A stretch of DNA of 64,000 nt from an uncultured Gammaproteobacteria bacterium (GCA_964407925.1 CAYOXM010000003.1:5023-69022); one strand, 5' to 3'. Counted from the stretch's first letter, positions 17,995-27,145 are shown. A program made the numbers and translations. The notes: generated by a model not told the origin, from the letters alone.

Positions 17995-18705
17995 TCACAG
18001 TTTCGACGTGAACGTCGACGGGTAGAATTGAATGAGCCACGTCTGGAACGCGAGATCGTAGCCGGTCAGGATGAGGAGGGCCATCGCGACGACCATGACG
18101 CCGAAAATCTTGTTCAGGACGTGTTGCCATCTTCCGATGCCGAGCAGCCGCTTCTGGATGACCTGCCCGCCGTAGGCGATGCCGCCCATGGGCACGCCGG
18201 CGCCGAGCGCGTAGGCGAACATGAGGAAGAGCGTCGTCACGTAGTCGTTCGTCCTTGTCGCGAGCGTCAGGATGGAACCGAGTATCGGTCCGGCGCACGG
18301 CGTCCAGACGAGCCCGAGGGAAACGCCGACGAGCAGGCCCGAGGCGGCGTCGGTCCTCGTCCGCGCGCCCCCGGAGACTTTTGCGCTAAGACGTGCGAGC
18401 ACCGGCTGGAGGCCGGCCATGGCGCGGTCATAGACGCTTTCAAACAGCAGTGCGAGACCGAACAGCAGCAGCAGCGCGACGGCGACGGTCCGGAACGCCT
18501 CGTTCGAGACGCCGAAAAACGTTCCCGCCGTCGCGAAGGCGGCGCCGAGGACGCTGAAGCTGCCGACGAAGCCGACGATCGTCATGAGCGGCCGCCACGG
18601 GGACTTGCCGCCGCTCGTGCCAAGCAGGAACGGGAGGAGCGGCAGGATGCACGGCGCGAGTATGGTGAGGAAACCGGCGGCGATGGCGAGAAAAAAGACG
18701 CCCAT
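17995..18705 (-). CDS. ccdA: cytochrome c-type biogenesis / thiol-disulfide transporter CcdA (DsbD family)
   Basis: ILAPCILPLLP and a second conserved Cys (WTPCAGP). Six TM segments. Confidence 0.8.
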   Translation of the reverse strand: MGVFFLAIAAGFLTILAPCILPLLPFLLGTSGGKSPWRPLMTIVGFVGSFSVLGAAFATAGTFFGVSNEAFRTVAVALLLLFGLALLFESVYDRAMAGLQPVLARLSAKVSGGARTRTDAASGLLVGVSLGLVWTPCAGPILGSILTLATRTNDYVTTLFLMFAYALGAGVPMGGIAYGGQVIQKRLLGIGRWQHVLNKIFGVMVVAMALLILTGYDLAFQTWLIQFYPSTFTSKL

Positions 18706-18706
18706 A

Positions 18707-19222
18707 TCACCTCGTTGCCGCGACGGCGAGCGCGGCCTGCAGGTCGGCGTCGCTCGTCGGACCCGTGAACCGCGCCGACTCGTTGCCGTGCGTGTCCAAG
18801 ATGACGGTCGTGTGCTGGTACGGCACGCGGAACGCCTTCTTCATGTCTTCCTGAACGTCGTAGTCGACGCGGAATCCCGCGACGGCCACCGCGCTCCCCT
18901 CGACGGACGCCTTCACTTTCGGTTCTTCGGCGCGGCAAATCGGACACCAGCCCGCCCAGAAATACAGCAGAACCGGCCGACCCTCGGCCTTCGCCTTGGC
19001 GTATCCTTCGGCGGAATACGCGACGTAATACGGTTTCCGCGCCGGGACCTCCGCGTCCGGTCCGCCGTCCGTCGCACCTGCGGGCGACGACACGTCGACC
19101 TCGGCGCGTTCGACGGGCGGAGCCGTCGGAAGTTCGAGTGCCGGCTGCACGGGCTTGCAGCCCGCACCGATGAGGAGGACGCCGACGAGCGCGGACGCGG
19201 CGAAAAGGGAGTTTACGGACAT
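18707..19222 (-). CDS. thioredoxin-like lipoprotein
   Basis: Lipobox LIGAGC. YFWAGWCPICR is a WCxxC motif. Confidence 0.65.
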   Translation of the reverse strand: MSVNSLFAASALVGVLLIGAGCKPVQPALELPTAPPVERAEVDVSSPAGATDGGPDAEVPARKPYYVAYSAEGYAKAKAEGRPVLLYFWAGWCPICRAEEPKVKASVEGSAVAVAGFRVDYDVQEDMKKAFRVPYQHTTVILDTHGNESARFTGPTSDADLQAALAVAATR

Positions 19223-19254
19223 AAGGCGGTTATAACTACGTGCGGAAGTATACC

Positions 19255-19284
19255 AAAAAAGGCGCCTAAGCGCCTTCGTTTCCC
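19255..19284. terminator. A6-GGCGCC-TAA-GCGCC-TTCGTTTCC hairpin, bidirectional
   Basis: Read directly from the sequence. It separates the VKOR gene from the thioredoxin gene. Confidence 0.5.
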
Positions 19285-19289
19285 GTACC

Positions 19290-19826
19290 CTATCGCTGCA
19301 GCAAGAAAGCGACGCCGGTGAAGGCCAGCCCCGCGCCGCCGGCGGCCGCCAACCATGCGGCCTTCGTGGGCGACTTCGCCTTCGCGAGCGCGGACGTCGA
19401 CAGGCCGAGCAGGACGAGCATCAGCACCTTTGAGAGCTCGCAGAAAAGGCACACCACTCCGAGCCACAGGTATTCTATGCCGGAAAGGTATGCGGAAAAG
19501 ACGAGCGACCCGAGCGTGAAGAGCTGTATCATGCGCCACGCGTCCTTCACGCGCAGGGCGATGAGCCCGGCAACCGCGAGGAAATACGTGAGTCCGAGGA
19601 CGGACACGGGGATGCCGGCGAGTTCGGAGAACACGCTCTGGTTGACGATCTGACACGAAAAACTGCCGCCGAAATCGCACAACGAGCTCCCGCCCTTGTG
19701 AAAATGCAGGTAGGTCAAGTACGACATGAACGCCGCGCCGAGCGTGGCGACGGTCATGGCGGCGTATTCGGCCTTGGCGTACGCGGCCGATTTCGCTTCG
19801 GACGCGATCGTTTCGTGAAACGGCAT
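19290..19826 (-). CDS. vitamin K epoxide reductase (VKOR) family membrane protein
   Basis: Loop Cys pair SLCDFGGSFSC and an in-membrane CLFC (CxxC) motif, with VKOR-like topology. Confidence 0.6.
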   Translation of the reverse strand: MPFHETIASEAKSAAYAKAEYAAMTVATLGAAFMSYLTYLHFHKGGSSLCDFGGSFSCQIVNQSVFSELAGIPVSVLGLTYFLAVAGLIALRVKDAWRMIQLFTLGSLVFSAYLSGIEYLWLGVVCLFCELSKVLMLVLLGLSTSALAKAKSPTKAAWLAAAGGAGLAFTGVAFLLQR

Positions 19827-19948
19827 ATCGGGTCGAGGATAGCGCGAAATCGGCCTTTTGTCGAGGACGCGGAGGGTTGCGTCGCCGCCTGACCGTGCTA
19901 CAGTGGCGGCGCTCCGCGTAACCGCGGGAAACGCACAAAGGAGGAGTC

Positions 19949-20662
19949 ATGGCGCGTACGTTGATTTTGGCTACGGGACGGGGCCTCGCGCCGCACTTGG
20001 CGGCGGAGTCCCTCGCGAGGGGCTTCCAGACCACCATCGTCGGCAACAACGCCGCCGACCTGCGGAGGGAACCCGCGCTCAAAGGCGCGATGTTTCGGTC
20101 GGCCGACTTGGCCGACCCCTACGCACTGCCGACGGTGATGTGCGGCTGCTGGGCTGAAATGACCCACGTCCTGTGGGAAGTCCCGGGCTTCGGCCCGAAA
20201 CCGCCGCTCGACCTCACGATCGAGGACGCCCGTTACATGGTGGACCTGGGACTCATCGGCGGCATGGGCGCGCTCACCGCGCTCCATCGCCTGAAGGCGG
20301 CATCGCGGCCGCTCGCCGAAAGGCCGGGATCCCCGATGCGCCTCGCGGTCATCGTACCGTCGTGCGGCTGGCAGGCAGAGGACGGGATGGCAATGCAGTC
20401 GGCGGTCGCCGCCGCAGCCGCGCATTTCGCGCGCGGGTATGCGGCAACGCTCGCCGCGAGCCTTCCGGGATCGGGCGTCGATCTCATTCACAAGGTCCCG
20501 CCGCGCGACGCCGAAGGGCACTCGCCCGCGGATGCCGCGAGGCACGTCTGGGACGGGTTCCTTTCGCACGTCGAAACGTTCCAAGAGCGCTACCTCATGA
20601 ACGACCCGAGGCACGGCCTGCACGTCCAGCATTTCCCGCGCCCGCCGGAGCTCGTCCGTTGA
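19949..20662 (+). CDS. hypothetical protein (possible Rossmann-type fold)
   Basis: AAGGAGGAG lies upstream of the ATG. The N-terminus reads LILATGRGLA. Confidence 0.4.
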   Translation: MARTLILATGRGLAPHLAAESLARGFQTTIVGNNAADLRREPALKGAMFRSADLADPYALPTVMCGCWAEMTHVLWEVPGFGPKPPLDLTIEDARYMVDLGLIGGMGALTALHRLKAASRPLAERPGSPMRLAVIVPSCGWQAEDGMAMQSAVAAAAAHFARGYAATLAASLPGSGVDLIHKVPPRDAEGHSPADAARHVWDGFLSHVETFQERYLMNDPRHGLHVQHFPRPPELVR

Positions 20663-20666
20663 ACTG

Positions 20667-20696
20667 CGCCCGCCTCATGCGGGCGTTTCTTTTTGC
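20667..20696 (+). terminator. CGCCCGC-CTCAT-GCGGGCG followed by TTTCTTTTTG
   Basis: Read directly from the sequence. Confidence 0.6.
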
Positions 20697-20698
20697 AT

Positions 20699-20730
20699 AA
20701 AAAAAAGGCCGACCTGCCGGCCGGCGCGCG
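20699..20730 (-). terminator. GGCCGACCTGCCGGCC hairpin with a T8 run on the minus strand
   Basis: Read directly from the sequence. It is 3' of the minus-strand gene ending at 20757. Confidence 0.5.
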
Positions 20731-20756
20731 TAGGATTGAGAACGGGACGGCAGGGG

Positions 20757-21134
20757 TCAGCCGCCCTTGGGCGTCACGGTCTTCTCGCGCGACACCTTGT
20801 CGCCGTCGACCTCGCCCTCGACCTTGATCTTGATCTTCTCGACCTTCGACTTGTCGGCGCCCTGCTTGGCCCCGTCCGCCACCTTCTCGGCGGCGTCGAG
20901 CTGCTTCTTGGCACCGCCGTCCTTGTTGGCGTCGAGCTGCCTCTTCACTTCCTTCTCGACCTTCTCCTTGACGGTGTCGGCGTACTCCTTGTTGTCCTTC
21001 TTCTCCTGCCGGCTGCTCCCGTCCTTCGGCGTCACGGTGACGTCGACTTTCGGGTTCTCGAGCGGCGGCTCGGGCTTCTTTTCGGCGGGTTTGGCGGACG
21101 AATTGTCGGGTTTGGCGGTCTGTGCGTCGCTCAC
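20757..21134 (-). CDS. lysine/glutamate-rich low-complexity hypothetical protein (GTG start)
   Basis: GGAGGA lies 9 nt upstream of a GTG. The protein reads VSDAQTAKPDNSSAKPAEKKPEPP...KEKVEKEVKRQLDANKD... The track ORF 20757..21440 was trimmed. Confidence 0.4.
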   Translation of the reverse strand: MSDAQTAKPDNSSAKPAEKKPEPPLENPKVDVTVTPKDGSSRQEKKDNKEYADTVKEKVEKEVKRQLDANKDGGAKKQLDAAEKVADGAKQGADKSKVEKIKIKVEGEVDGDKVSREKTVTPKGG

Positions 21135-21267
21135 GGCTCGTGCTCCTCCGTGGGAAAAGGTTCCTGCTCGGCGGCGTCGCCGGGCCGCATCATATTGACA
21201 GGAGCCGGTTTTCGTGGCAAGGTGTCCAGTTCCTTTGACCGTCAACCCGCCATCTTGGAGGTGTCCC

Positions 21268-21720
21268 ATGGACGCATTTCCCGATTCCTGTTTCTCCGCC
21301 GTCATCGCAGACCTCATCGCCGACGGGACGTCCGTCGTGCCGCATCGGCCGTGGAGCGTCCTCTCCGGCGGCGAACGCTTCGACGGCGAGACGTTGCGCA
21401 TCGACGACGCGCCGTCGGCGTACGCCGTGATGGATGCCATCGCCGCGACCGAGGACGAGGACTGCTACGCCATCTGGACGCCGATCGAGAAGCGGCAGCG
21501 CGGCCGCATCCCGCGCGCGCTGCGCTGCGGCTTCACGCTCGCGCTGAACCGCGACGGCGGCATCACGGTGTTCCAAAGCGTCGTCTTCGTCCCGCTCGAC
21601 GTCATCGACATCGTCGCGCACCTGCCTTCCGGACAGGTCGTGCTGGTGAAGAGCCAGAAGGTTTCCGCCTGGGACGGCACCTCGACCGACGGGGCCTGGC
21701 CCGCGCGCGCGACGTCATGA
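21268..21720 (+). CDS. hypothetical protein
   Basis: GGAGG lies 7 nt upstream of the ATG at 21268. Confidence 0.4.
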   Translation: MDAFPDSCFSAVIADLIADGTSVVPHRPWSVLSGGERFDGETLRIDDAPSAYAVMDAIAATEDEDCYAIWTPIEKRQRGRIPRALRCGFTLALNRDGGITVFQSVVFVPLDVIDIVAHLPSGQVVLVKSQKVSAWDGTSTDGAWPARATS

Positions 21721-21730
21721 AAGAAACGAA

Positions 21731-21765
21731 AGGCCCGCATCGTCCGATGCGGGCCTCTTTTTTTC
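21731..21765. terminator. AGGCCCGCATCG-TCC-GATGCGGGCCT followed by T9, bidirectional
   Basis: Read directly from the sequence. Confidence 0.6.
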
Positions 21766-21772
21766 GCGCGGC

Positions 21773-22243
21773 TCACTCCGCCGTCCACACGCCGTTCTCG
21801 GCGTGCGTGCTCGGCCAGAGGTATGACGACTCCGTGCCGTCGGCCATGAAGAGGCGCACGTTCACGTCCCGCGACGCGGGGTTCTTGCGCTCCACGAGGA
21901 CGGCCTTCAGCGTCTCGCCCATCGGGGCGTAATGCATGAGCAGCGGGACGACGAGGTTCATCTGGAGCGTCGCCTCCTCGCCCGGCCGATACTTCGCCAC
22001 GGACCACATCACGAGCGGCTGGGCAGCGGCCGGCGTCTCGACGGCCGGTTCCTGAACGGGCGACATGCGCCGACCGTAGTTCATCTGCAGCGACTGCAGC
22101 GAGGAGAGCGCGCCGGCCAGCGAACCGCTCCGATCGGTCATGTACCAGAGGTTGAGCGCCGACAGCCCCAGTCCGACGAGCAGGACCATCATCGAGAACG
22201 ACGCCGAGACGTCTTTGACTTCGTTTTTCTTCTTGGGTGGCAT
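21773..22243 (-). CDS. membrane-anchored hypothetical protein
   Basis: One TM segment (MMVLLVGLGLSALNLWY). Confidence 0.4.
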   Translation of the reverse strand: MPPKKKNEVKDVSASFSMMVLLVGLGLSALNLWYMTDRSGSLAGALSSLQSLQMNYGRRMSPVQEPAVETPAAAQPLVMWSVAKYRPGEEATLQMNLVVPLLMHYAPMGETLKAVLVERKNPASRDVNVRLFMADGTESSYLWPSTHAENGVWTAE

Positions 22244-22274
22244 ACGCGTTGTGCCCGGTCAGGGCGTTAAAGGC

Positions 22275-23486
22275 CTATTCGTTGAATAGCGAAGGAATGA
22301 CGCGGAGGATGCGATCGTCGCCGGCGCGGACCGTGCCGCGTCCGTCGTCGTTCGACGTCGAGACGTAGAGCGCGCCGTCCGGACCGCGTACCACGGCACG
22401 GAGCCGTCCGAACTCGTTCCGCAGGTGCGCGCGCAACGGTTTCACGCCGCCGTCATCGGCGATTTCCGCCTGGTACAGCGACGAGCCGCGCAAACCGGCG
22501 AACCAGAGGCTGCCGTCGGCGAATGCCATGCCGGACGGCGCCCACGTCTCCTTTTCCCCGGAATGCCTCACCGGAAGGATCATTCCTTCGCGCGCCTTGT
22601 CGCCCTCGATCACGGGCCAGCCGTAATTGCCGCCCTTCACGATCAGGTTCAGCTCGTCGAGGCCGCTCTTCGCGCCGGAACGGCCGTGTTCGGTAGCCCA
22701 GAGACGCCCGCGGTCGTCCCACGCGAGTCCCTGCGGATTGCGATGGCCGTATGACCACACAGCGTTGCCGAACGGATTGTCCTCGGGGACGGAGCCGTCG
22801 GGATTCACGCGGAGAATCTTGCCGGCGAGCGAGTTCTTGTCCTGGCTGCGGTTGCCGTCGCCGGCGTCGCCCGTCGTCACGTAGAGTTTTCCGTCCGGAC
22901 CGAACGCGATGCGTCCGCCGTCATGGTAGTTGCCGGCCGGAATGCCGTCGACGACGACGTTCTCGTCGGACAGCGCGCCGTCAGCGTACCGGAAGCTCGA
23001 AACGCGGTTCGTCGCCGCGCCCGACTTCGCGCGCGCGGTGTAGTACAGGTAGATGCGGTCCCCCGCGCCGCCCGGCGGGACGGCGAGACCGAGCAGTCCC
23101 CCCTCGCTGATTTCGACGACGCCGGGTACGGCGACTGAAGTCGGCGGATTACCGTCGCGCCAAAGGCGGCCGTCGCGCTCCGTCGCGATCATGCCGCCGT
23201 CCGCCAAGAACGCCACCTCCCACGGCACGTGCATCCCCTCGGCGACGGTAACAACGGGACGATCCCGTGACGGCGCGACAGCGGCCGAATCCGCGGAGGC
23301 GTCGTCCTCGAGGACGTACCCGAGGTCGAGATCGCTGTCCGTCGGCGCGAACGCATACCGCACGAGCGCCGCGCGCGTGGCGAAAAGCGTCGCGACGAGC
23401 ATGAGCAGAATCGCCGCGGCGACGGTACTGAAGGGGAATTTTTTCACGATGCGCTTCATCGCCTCCATTCTAACAGATTGAGGCAA
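22275..23486 (-). CDS. PQQ-dependent sugar (glucose/sorbosone) dehydrogenase, beta-propeller
   Basis: Soluble GDH-B-type repeats (GLLGLA, GPDGKLYV, HRNPQGLAWD, GPDGALYVS). Possible TTG start with an AAAGGTG Shine-Dalgarno. Confidence 0.7.
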   Translation of the reverse strand: MPQSVRMEAMKRIVKKFPFSTVAAAILLMLVATLFATRAALVRYAFAPTDSDLDLGYVLEDDASADSAAVAPSRDRPVVTVAEGMHVPWEVAFLADGGMIATERDGRLWRDGNPPTSVAVPGVVEISEGGLLGLAVPPGGAGDRIYLYYTARAKSGAATNRVSSFRYADGALSDENVVVDGIPAGNYHDGGRIAFGPDGKLYVTTGDAGDGNRSQDKNSLAGKILRVNPDGSVPEDNPFGNAVWSYGHRNPQGLAWDDRGRLWATEHGRSGAKSGLDELNLIVKGGNYGWPVIEGDKAREGMILPVRHSGEKETWAPSGMAFADGSLWFAGLRGSSLYQAEIADDGGVKPLRAHLRNEFGRLRAVVRGPDGALYVSTSNDDGRGTVRAGDDRILRVIPSLFNE

Positions 23487-23593
23487 GGGTCGTCACCTTT
23501 CCCGGCCGCGTGCGGCGCATCTCGGCCGGCCTGATTGACTCGGGTCCGCCTTAAGCGTATCGTGCCGCCGTCGCCCTTTCGCAAGGAGAAGTC

Positions 23594-24217
23594 ATGCCGT
23601 ACAAGGACAAGGTCACCGACCATTTCGAGAATCCGCGGAACGTCGGAACGCTCGACAAAACCGCCGCCGACGTCGGTACGGGGCTCGTCGGCGCGCCCGC
23701 CTGCGGCGACGTGATGCGGCTCCAACTCCGCATAGAAGAACGGATCGTCGGCGTCAGGTGCACGACCTGCCACGGCGAGACGCGTGTCGCGGGCGCGGTA
23801 CCGGCGTCGTTCTCGCTTCCGTGCGGGCACGGCGAATTCGTGATCACGCGCGGCGACGTGGTCGCCGACGCGAAATTCAAGACATTCGGCTGCGGCTCGG
23901 CGATCGCCAGCTCGTCGCTCGTCACCGAGTGGGTGAAGGGGCGGCGGATCGAGGACGCGGAGCGCATCACGAACCGCGACATCGCGGAGGAGCTGTCGCT
24001 GCCTCCCGTGAAAATCCACTGTTCGGTGCTCGCCGAGGACGCGGTGAAGGCGGCCATCGCGGACTACCGCGCCAAACGCAAAACGCGGCAGGCGGCCGCC
24101 GTCCCGAAGGGACCGGCCGCTCCCGATGCCGAACGCGCGCCGCTGCCGCCGGAATATCCCGCTACTCCCGTCGCCGAAGACGGGCATGCGCGGGCGCGCG
24201 ACCCGTTCGATACCTGA
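23594..24217 (+). CDS. iscU: Fe-S cluster assembly scaffold IscU/NifU-like, with an approximately 45-aa Cys/His insertion and a C-terminal extension
   Basis: VGAPACGDVMRLQ ... KFKTFGCGSAIASSSLVTEWVKG ... IHCSVLAEDAVKAA. AAGGAGAAG lies upstream of the ATG. Confidence 0.75.
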   Translation: MPYKDKVTDHFENPRNVGTLDKTAADVGTGLVGAPACGDVMRLQLRIEERIVGVRCTTCHGETRVAGAVPASFSLPCGHGEFVITRGDVVADAKFKTFGCGSAIASSSLVTEWVKGRRIEDAERITNRDIAEELSLPPVKIHCSVLAEDAVKAAIADYRAKRKTRQAAAVPKGPAAPDAERAPLPPEYPATPVAEDGHARARDPFDT

Positions 24218-24235
24218 CGAGCGCCACGAGGCCGA

Positions 24236-24260
24236 CCGCGCGGATCCGCGCGGTTTTTAT
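24236..24260 (+). terminator. CCGCGCGG-ATC-CGCGCGG followed by TTTTTATT
   Basis: Read directly from the sequence. Confidence 0.55.
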
Positions 24261-24331
24261 TGTCCGGATTGACGCGGCGGACGAATCGTTGTACGGTTCC
24301 GCGTCGTTCCTTCGAAAGGAGAACCGTACCG

Positions 24332-24871
24332 ATGAAACTCGCCCTCGCCGCGCCCACCGACGTCCGCTCCCACGTGGGAGACGGCTGGTTCGACCGACAC
24401 GACGCGTCGGTCGGCACCGCCGACGAACGCAACAGTTACCTCTTCCGGCGACGCGTCGCCCTTCAGCTGAAAATCGCGCAAGAATGGCCGAACGGGGACG
24501 GGTACTCCGGCCCGACGATCGACCGCATCATCGACGTCCGCTGCTACACGGCGAATGACGAAACCGGAGAGCTCGGCTGCCGTTCGCTGTCCGCGCTCGC
24601 CGCCAACGCGCTCGTCGGCAAGACCGCGGTGCAGGCGGCGGCAATGCGCGACGAGGCGTTCGTTGCCGCCGAGAAGGTTCCGTGGCAGCCGGGCTGCAAC
24701 GGCCTGCCGTTCCTGTTCGCGGATGCGGTCCGCGCCGCGCTGCTCGACTGGGCGACGAAGGCGAACGGCCGGCGCGACCGCCTGCCGTACGAACAGGCGC
24801 CGGCCGCGATGCCGCCCGATCCGAGCGTCCTCACGCCGTTCGGCAGGTTCCTCCGCGCCCTCGGCCTTTGA
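24332..24871 (+). CDS. hypothetical protein
   Basis: AAAGGAGAA lies 8 nt upstream of the ATG at 24332. Confidence 0.45.
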   Translation: MKLALAAPTDVRSHVGDGWFDRHDASVGTADERNSYLFRRRVALQLKIAQEWPNGDGYSGPTIDRIIDVRCYTANDETGELGCRSLSALAANALVGKTAVQAAAMRDEAFVAAEKVPWQPGCNGLPFLFADAVRAALLDWATKANGRRDRLPYEQAPAAMPPDPSVLTPFGRFLRALGL

Positions 24872-24874
24872 ACG

Positions 24875-24914
24875 AAAAACCGTCCCGCGATCACGCGGGA
24901 CGGTTTTCTTTTTC
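24875..24914. terminator. CCGTCCCGCG-ATCA-CGCGGGACGG flanked by A5 and T-run, bidirectional
   Basis: Read directly from the sequence. Confidence 0.6.
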
Positions 24915-26204
24915 CTACTTCCTTTCCGCAAGCGTGACGTCGACCGTTTTCTCCTTGCCCTTGTGCAGCACCTTGAGCGTCACTTTGTCACCGGGACCGT
25001 ATCCGCGAATCGCCACCGCGAGCGGATACTCCTCGGTGAGCTTCTTGCCGCCCGCCTCGAGGATGATGTCGTTCTCCTCGATGCCCGCGACGTCCGCCGG
25101 CGACCCCGGCGACACGGCGAGGTCGGTCTGCGTCTCGCCGCGCACGACGAGCGCGCCGTAATCGACGGAGAGTTGGTTCTGCTTCTTGATGTCCTTGCTG
25201 ACCATCACGTAGCGCACGCCGAGCCAGGCGCGGGTGATTTTTCCGCCGGTCTTCACCGTCTCGATGACGCGCTTCACGTCGTTCGCCGGCAGCGCGAAAC
25301 CGATGTTCTGCGACCCCTGGACGATGGCGACGTTCACGCCGATGACTTCGCCCTTCAGGTTGAGGAGCGGCCCGCCGGAGTTTCCCGGATTGATGGCGGT
25401 ATCGGTCTGGATGACGTCGTAGAGGTCCTCTGGTTTCGCCATGCCGTTCGAGGCCTGGATGGATCGCTTGAGGCCCGACACGACGCCGGTCGAGACCGTG
25501 TTGCCGAACTGGCCGAGTGCGTACCCGATGGCGATGACGCGCTGGCCCACCTTGATCGCGTCGGAGTCGCCAAAATCGAGGTGCGGCAGGCCGGTCGCCT
25601 CAATTTTCAGCACGGCGATGTCATTCGACGGATCGCGGCCGATGACTTTCGCGTCGTGCTTCGCCCCGTCCTGCAGGACGACGGTATATTCGGCGGTCTC
25701 ATCGAGCACGACATGCCGGTTCGTGACGATGTAGCCGTCATCCGTGACGATGAAACCGGTCCCCGCACCGATATCCTTCTTCTCCGTGCCCTTCTGCCGC
25801 ACCTGCGGCATCTGGAACGCGGGGTTGTCGCCGAAGAACTGCTGGAAGAAATCGTCGTTACCGAACGGATTGACGTTGTACTGCTCGTACACCGGCATGT
25901 CCTTCGCGACGACTATCGACACGACCGCCGGAGAAGATTTCGCGACCGTGGCGACCGTCATCTCCTCCTCCGATTCCCGCGCCGCGGCAGGCGGCTGCGC
26001 GGCGCGCGGCTCCTCCGGAGCGCCGACGCCGGCACGGTAACGTTCACCGAGCTGCGGAGAAAGCGAGGTCAACAACGAAGCGGAAAGCTCGCGGTTCGCG
26101 CCGACAATGCCGCCGAGGAAACCGAAAAGCGACGACACGCCGGCAGCGATGACGAGCGCGATGACGACGTAGGCTGTCGCCATCGGATTCTTATGCTCTG
26201 TCAT
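24915..26204 (-). CDS. htrA: HtrA/DegP-family serine protease (trypsin-like domain plus PDZ)
   Basis: TGFIVTDDGYIVTNRHV, DIAVLKI and GNSGGPL catalytic-triad motifs, plus a C-terminal PDZ domain. The start was trimmed to MTEHKNP. Confidence 0.85.
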   Translation of the reverse strand: MTEHKNPMATAYVVIALVIAAGVSSLFGFLGGIVGANRELSASLLTSLSPQLGERYRAGVGAPEEPRAAQPPAAARESEEEMTVATVAKSSPAVVSIVVAKDMPVYEQYNVNPFGNDDFFQQFFGDNPAFQMPQVRQKGTEKKDIGAGTGFIVTDDGYIVTNRHVVLDETAEYTVVLQDGAKHDAKVIGRDPSNDIAVLKIEATGLPHLDFGDSDAIKVGQRVIAIGYALGQFGNTVSTGVVSGLKRSIQASNGMAKPEDLYDVIQTDTAINPGNSGGPLLNLKGEVIGVNVAIVQGSQNIGFALPANDVKRVIETVKTGGKITRAWLGVRYVMVSKDIKKQNQLSVDYGALVVRGETQTDLAVSPGSPADVAGIEENDIILEAGGKKLTEEYPLAVAIRGYGPGDKVTLKVLHKGKEKTVDVTLAERK

Positions 26205-26277
26205 GGCAAATGGCGTTAAGAATTCATTGGCGAAAGTATACTCCCGATAGGACAAGTTGGCAAAGTGCCGAACATTA

Positions 26278-26299
26278 TTTTTGCTTATATAAGCAAAAA
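26278..26299. promoter_or_regulatory. 22-bp perfect palindrome TTTTTGCTTATATAAGCAAAAA in an AT-rich htrA upstream region
   Basis: Read directly from the sequence. It lies about 75-95 nt upstream of the htrA ATG, and a TTATCCACA box sits at 26332. Confidence 0.4.
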
Positions 26300-26372
26300 T
26301 AATGTCGTTCTTATCACTACATAACGTAGTTTTATCCACAACGAAAAACCCACCGGACACGGTGGGTCGAAT

Positions 26373-26582
26373 CTACTCCCGGCGCGGCGCGGGAAGAAGG
26401 CGCAAGCCGAGGATCGCGAGGAGCGGCAGGAGCATGCCGACGCCGATGACGAACGCGTTTTCTCCGGCGACGTCGCTCGGATCGCGGAGCAGTCGCAGGC
26501 CGCCGGACGCGGTAAGCGCCGCACCGAAGGCGAGCAGGACCGCGAGCAGGATGTCCGGCCACGAGGGCCGTTTACGGCGCAT
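26373..26582 (-). CDS. small membrane protein (2 TM)
   Basis: Hydrophobic. It overlaps the upstream gene by 11 nt. Confidence 0.35.
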   Translation of the reverse strand: MRRKRPSWPDILLAVLLAFGAALTASGGLRLLRDPSDVAGENAFVIGVGMLLPLLAILGLRLLPAPRRE

Positions 26583-27051
26583 GATCGTCCTCCATCGTCG
26601 CGACGAACGTTTCTTTTCTCGGTCGGCGCGGCCGGACGTACGGCAGGAGCGCCGTCGCGCCGCGATTCGAAACGACCCCGACGATCGTCACGACGAGCGG
26701 CATCATGCCGCTCTCCCCCGCATTCTCGAATGCGAGGAACAGGATGAGTCCCCACATCACGAGGAACACTCCGGCGAACTGCAGGAACGAAAGTACCGTG
26801 ACGGCCAGCGCGCGAAGCACCGAACGCGTCAGATTTTCCGTCCGGCCACCGCCGACCATCCTAATGACCGCGCCGATCGTCGACGCGAGCGCGAGAAGCG
26901 CGACACCGACGAGACCGACGACGACGGGATCCCAATCCCCTTCCCAACTGAGCGCGAAACCGTTCTTGACCGCGGAAGCGAACGCATACCCGAGGCAGGC
27001 GAAGCCGACGGCACCGACCAAAAAAATGACGGGACGCACTTTGCCGCTCAT
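26572..27051 (-). CDS. membrane protein (4 TM), hypothetical
   Basis: GGAG lies 7 nt upstream of the ATG. Four hydrophobic helices. Confidence 0.45.
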   Translation of the reverse strand: MSGKVRPVIFLVGAVGFACLGYAFASAVKNGFALSWEGDWDPVVVGLVGVALLALASTIGAVIRMVGGGRTENLTRSVLRALAVTVLSFLQFAGVFLVMWGLILFLAFENAGESGMMPLVVTIVGVVSNRGATALLPYVRPRRPRKETFVATMEDDHAP

Positions 27052-27109
27052 CGTTTTCTCCGTCGAAAAAGAGCTCCCCCTACCTTACGAGAAGCCCCTG
27101 AAAACGCAA

Positions 27110-27145
27110 CTTTATCCACAATGGGGACAGTCCCCGTTGTGGATA
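27110..27145. promoter_or_regulatory. near-perfect palindrome TTATCCACAATGGGGAC-A-GTCCCCGTTGTGGATAT (two inverted DnaA-box-like 9-mers)
   Basis: Read directly from the sequence. It lies about 55 nt upstream of the ATG at 27051. Confidence 0.45.

Noticed and set aside
27110-27145. Interpreting the 35-bp DnaA-box palindromes (also 40849..40885) as rho-independent terminators
   Set aside because: In the direction of transcription the hairpins are preceded, not followed, by the T-run. Their position is promoter-proximal to the next gene.
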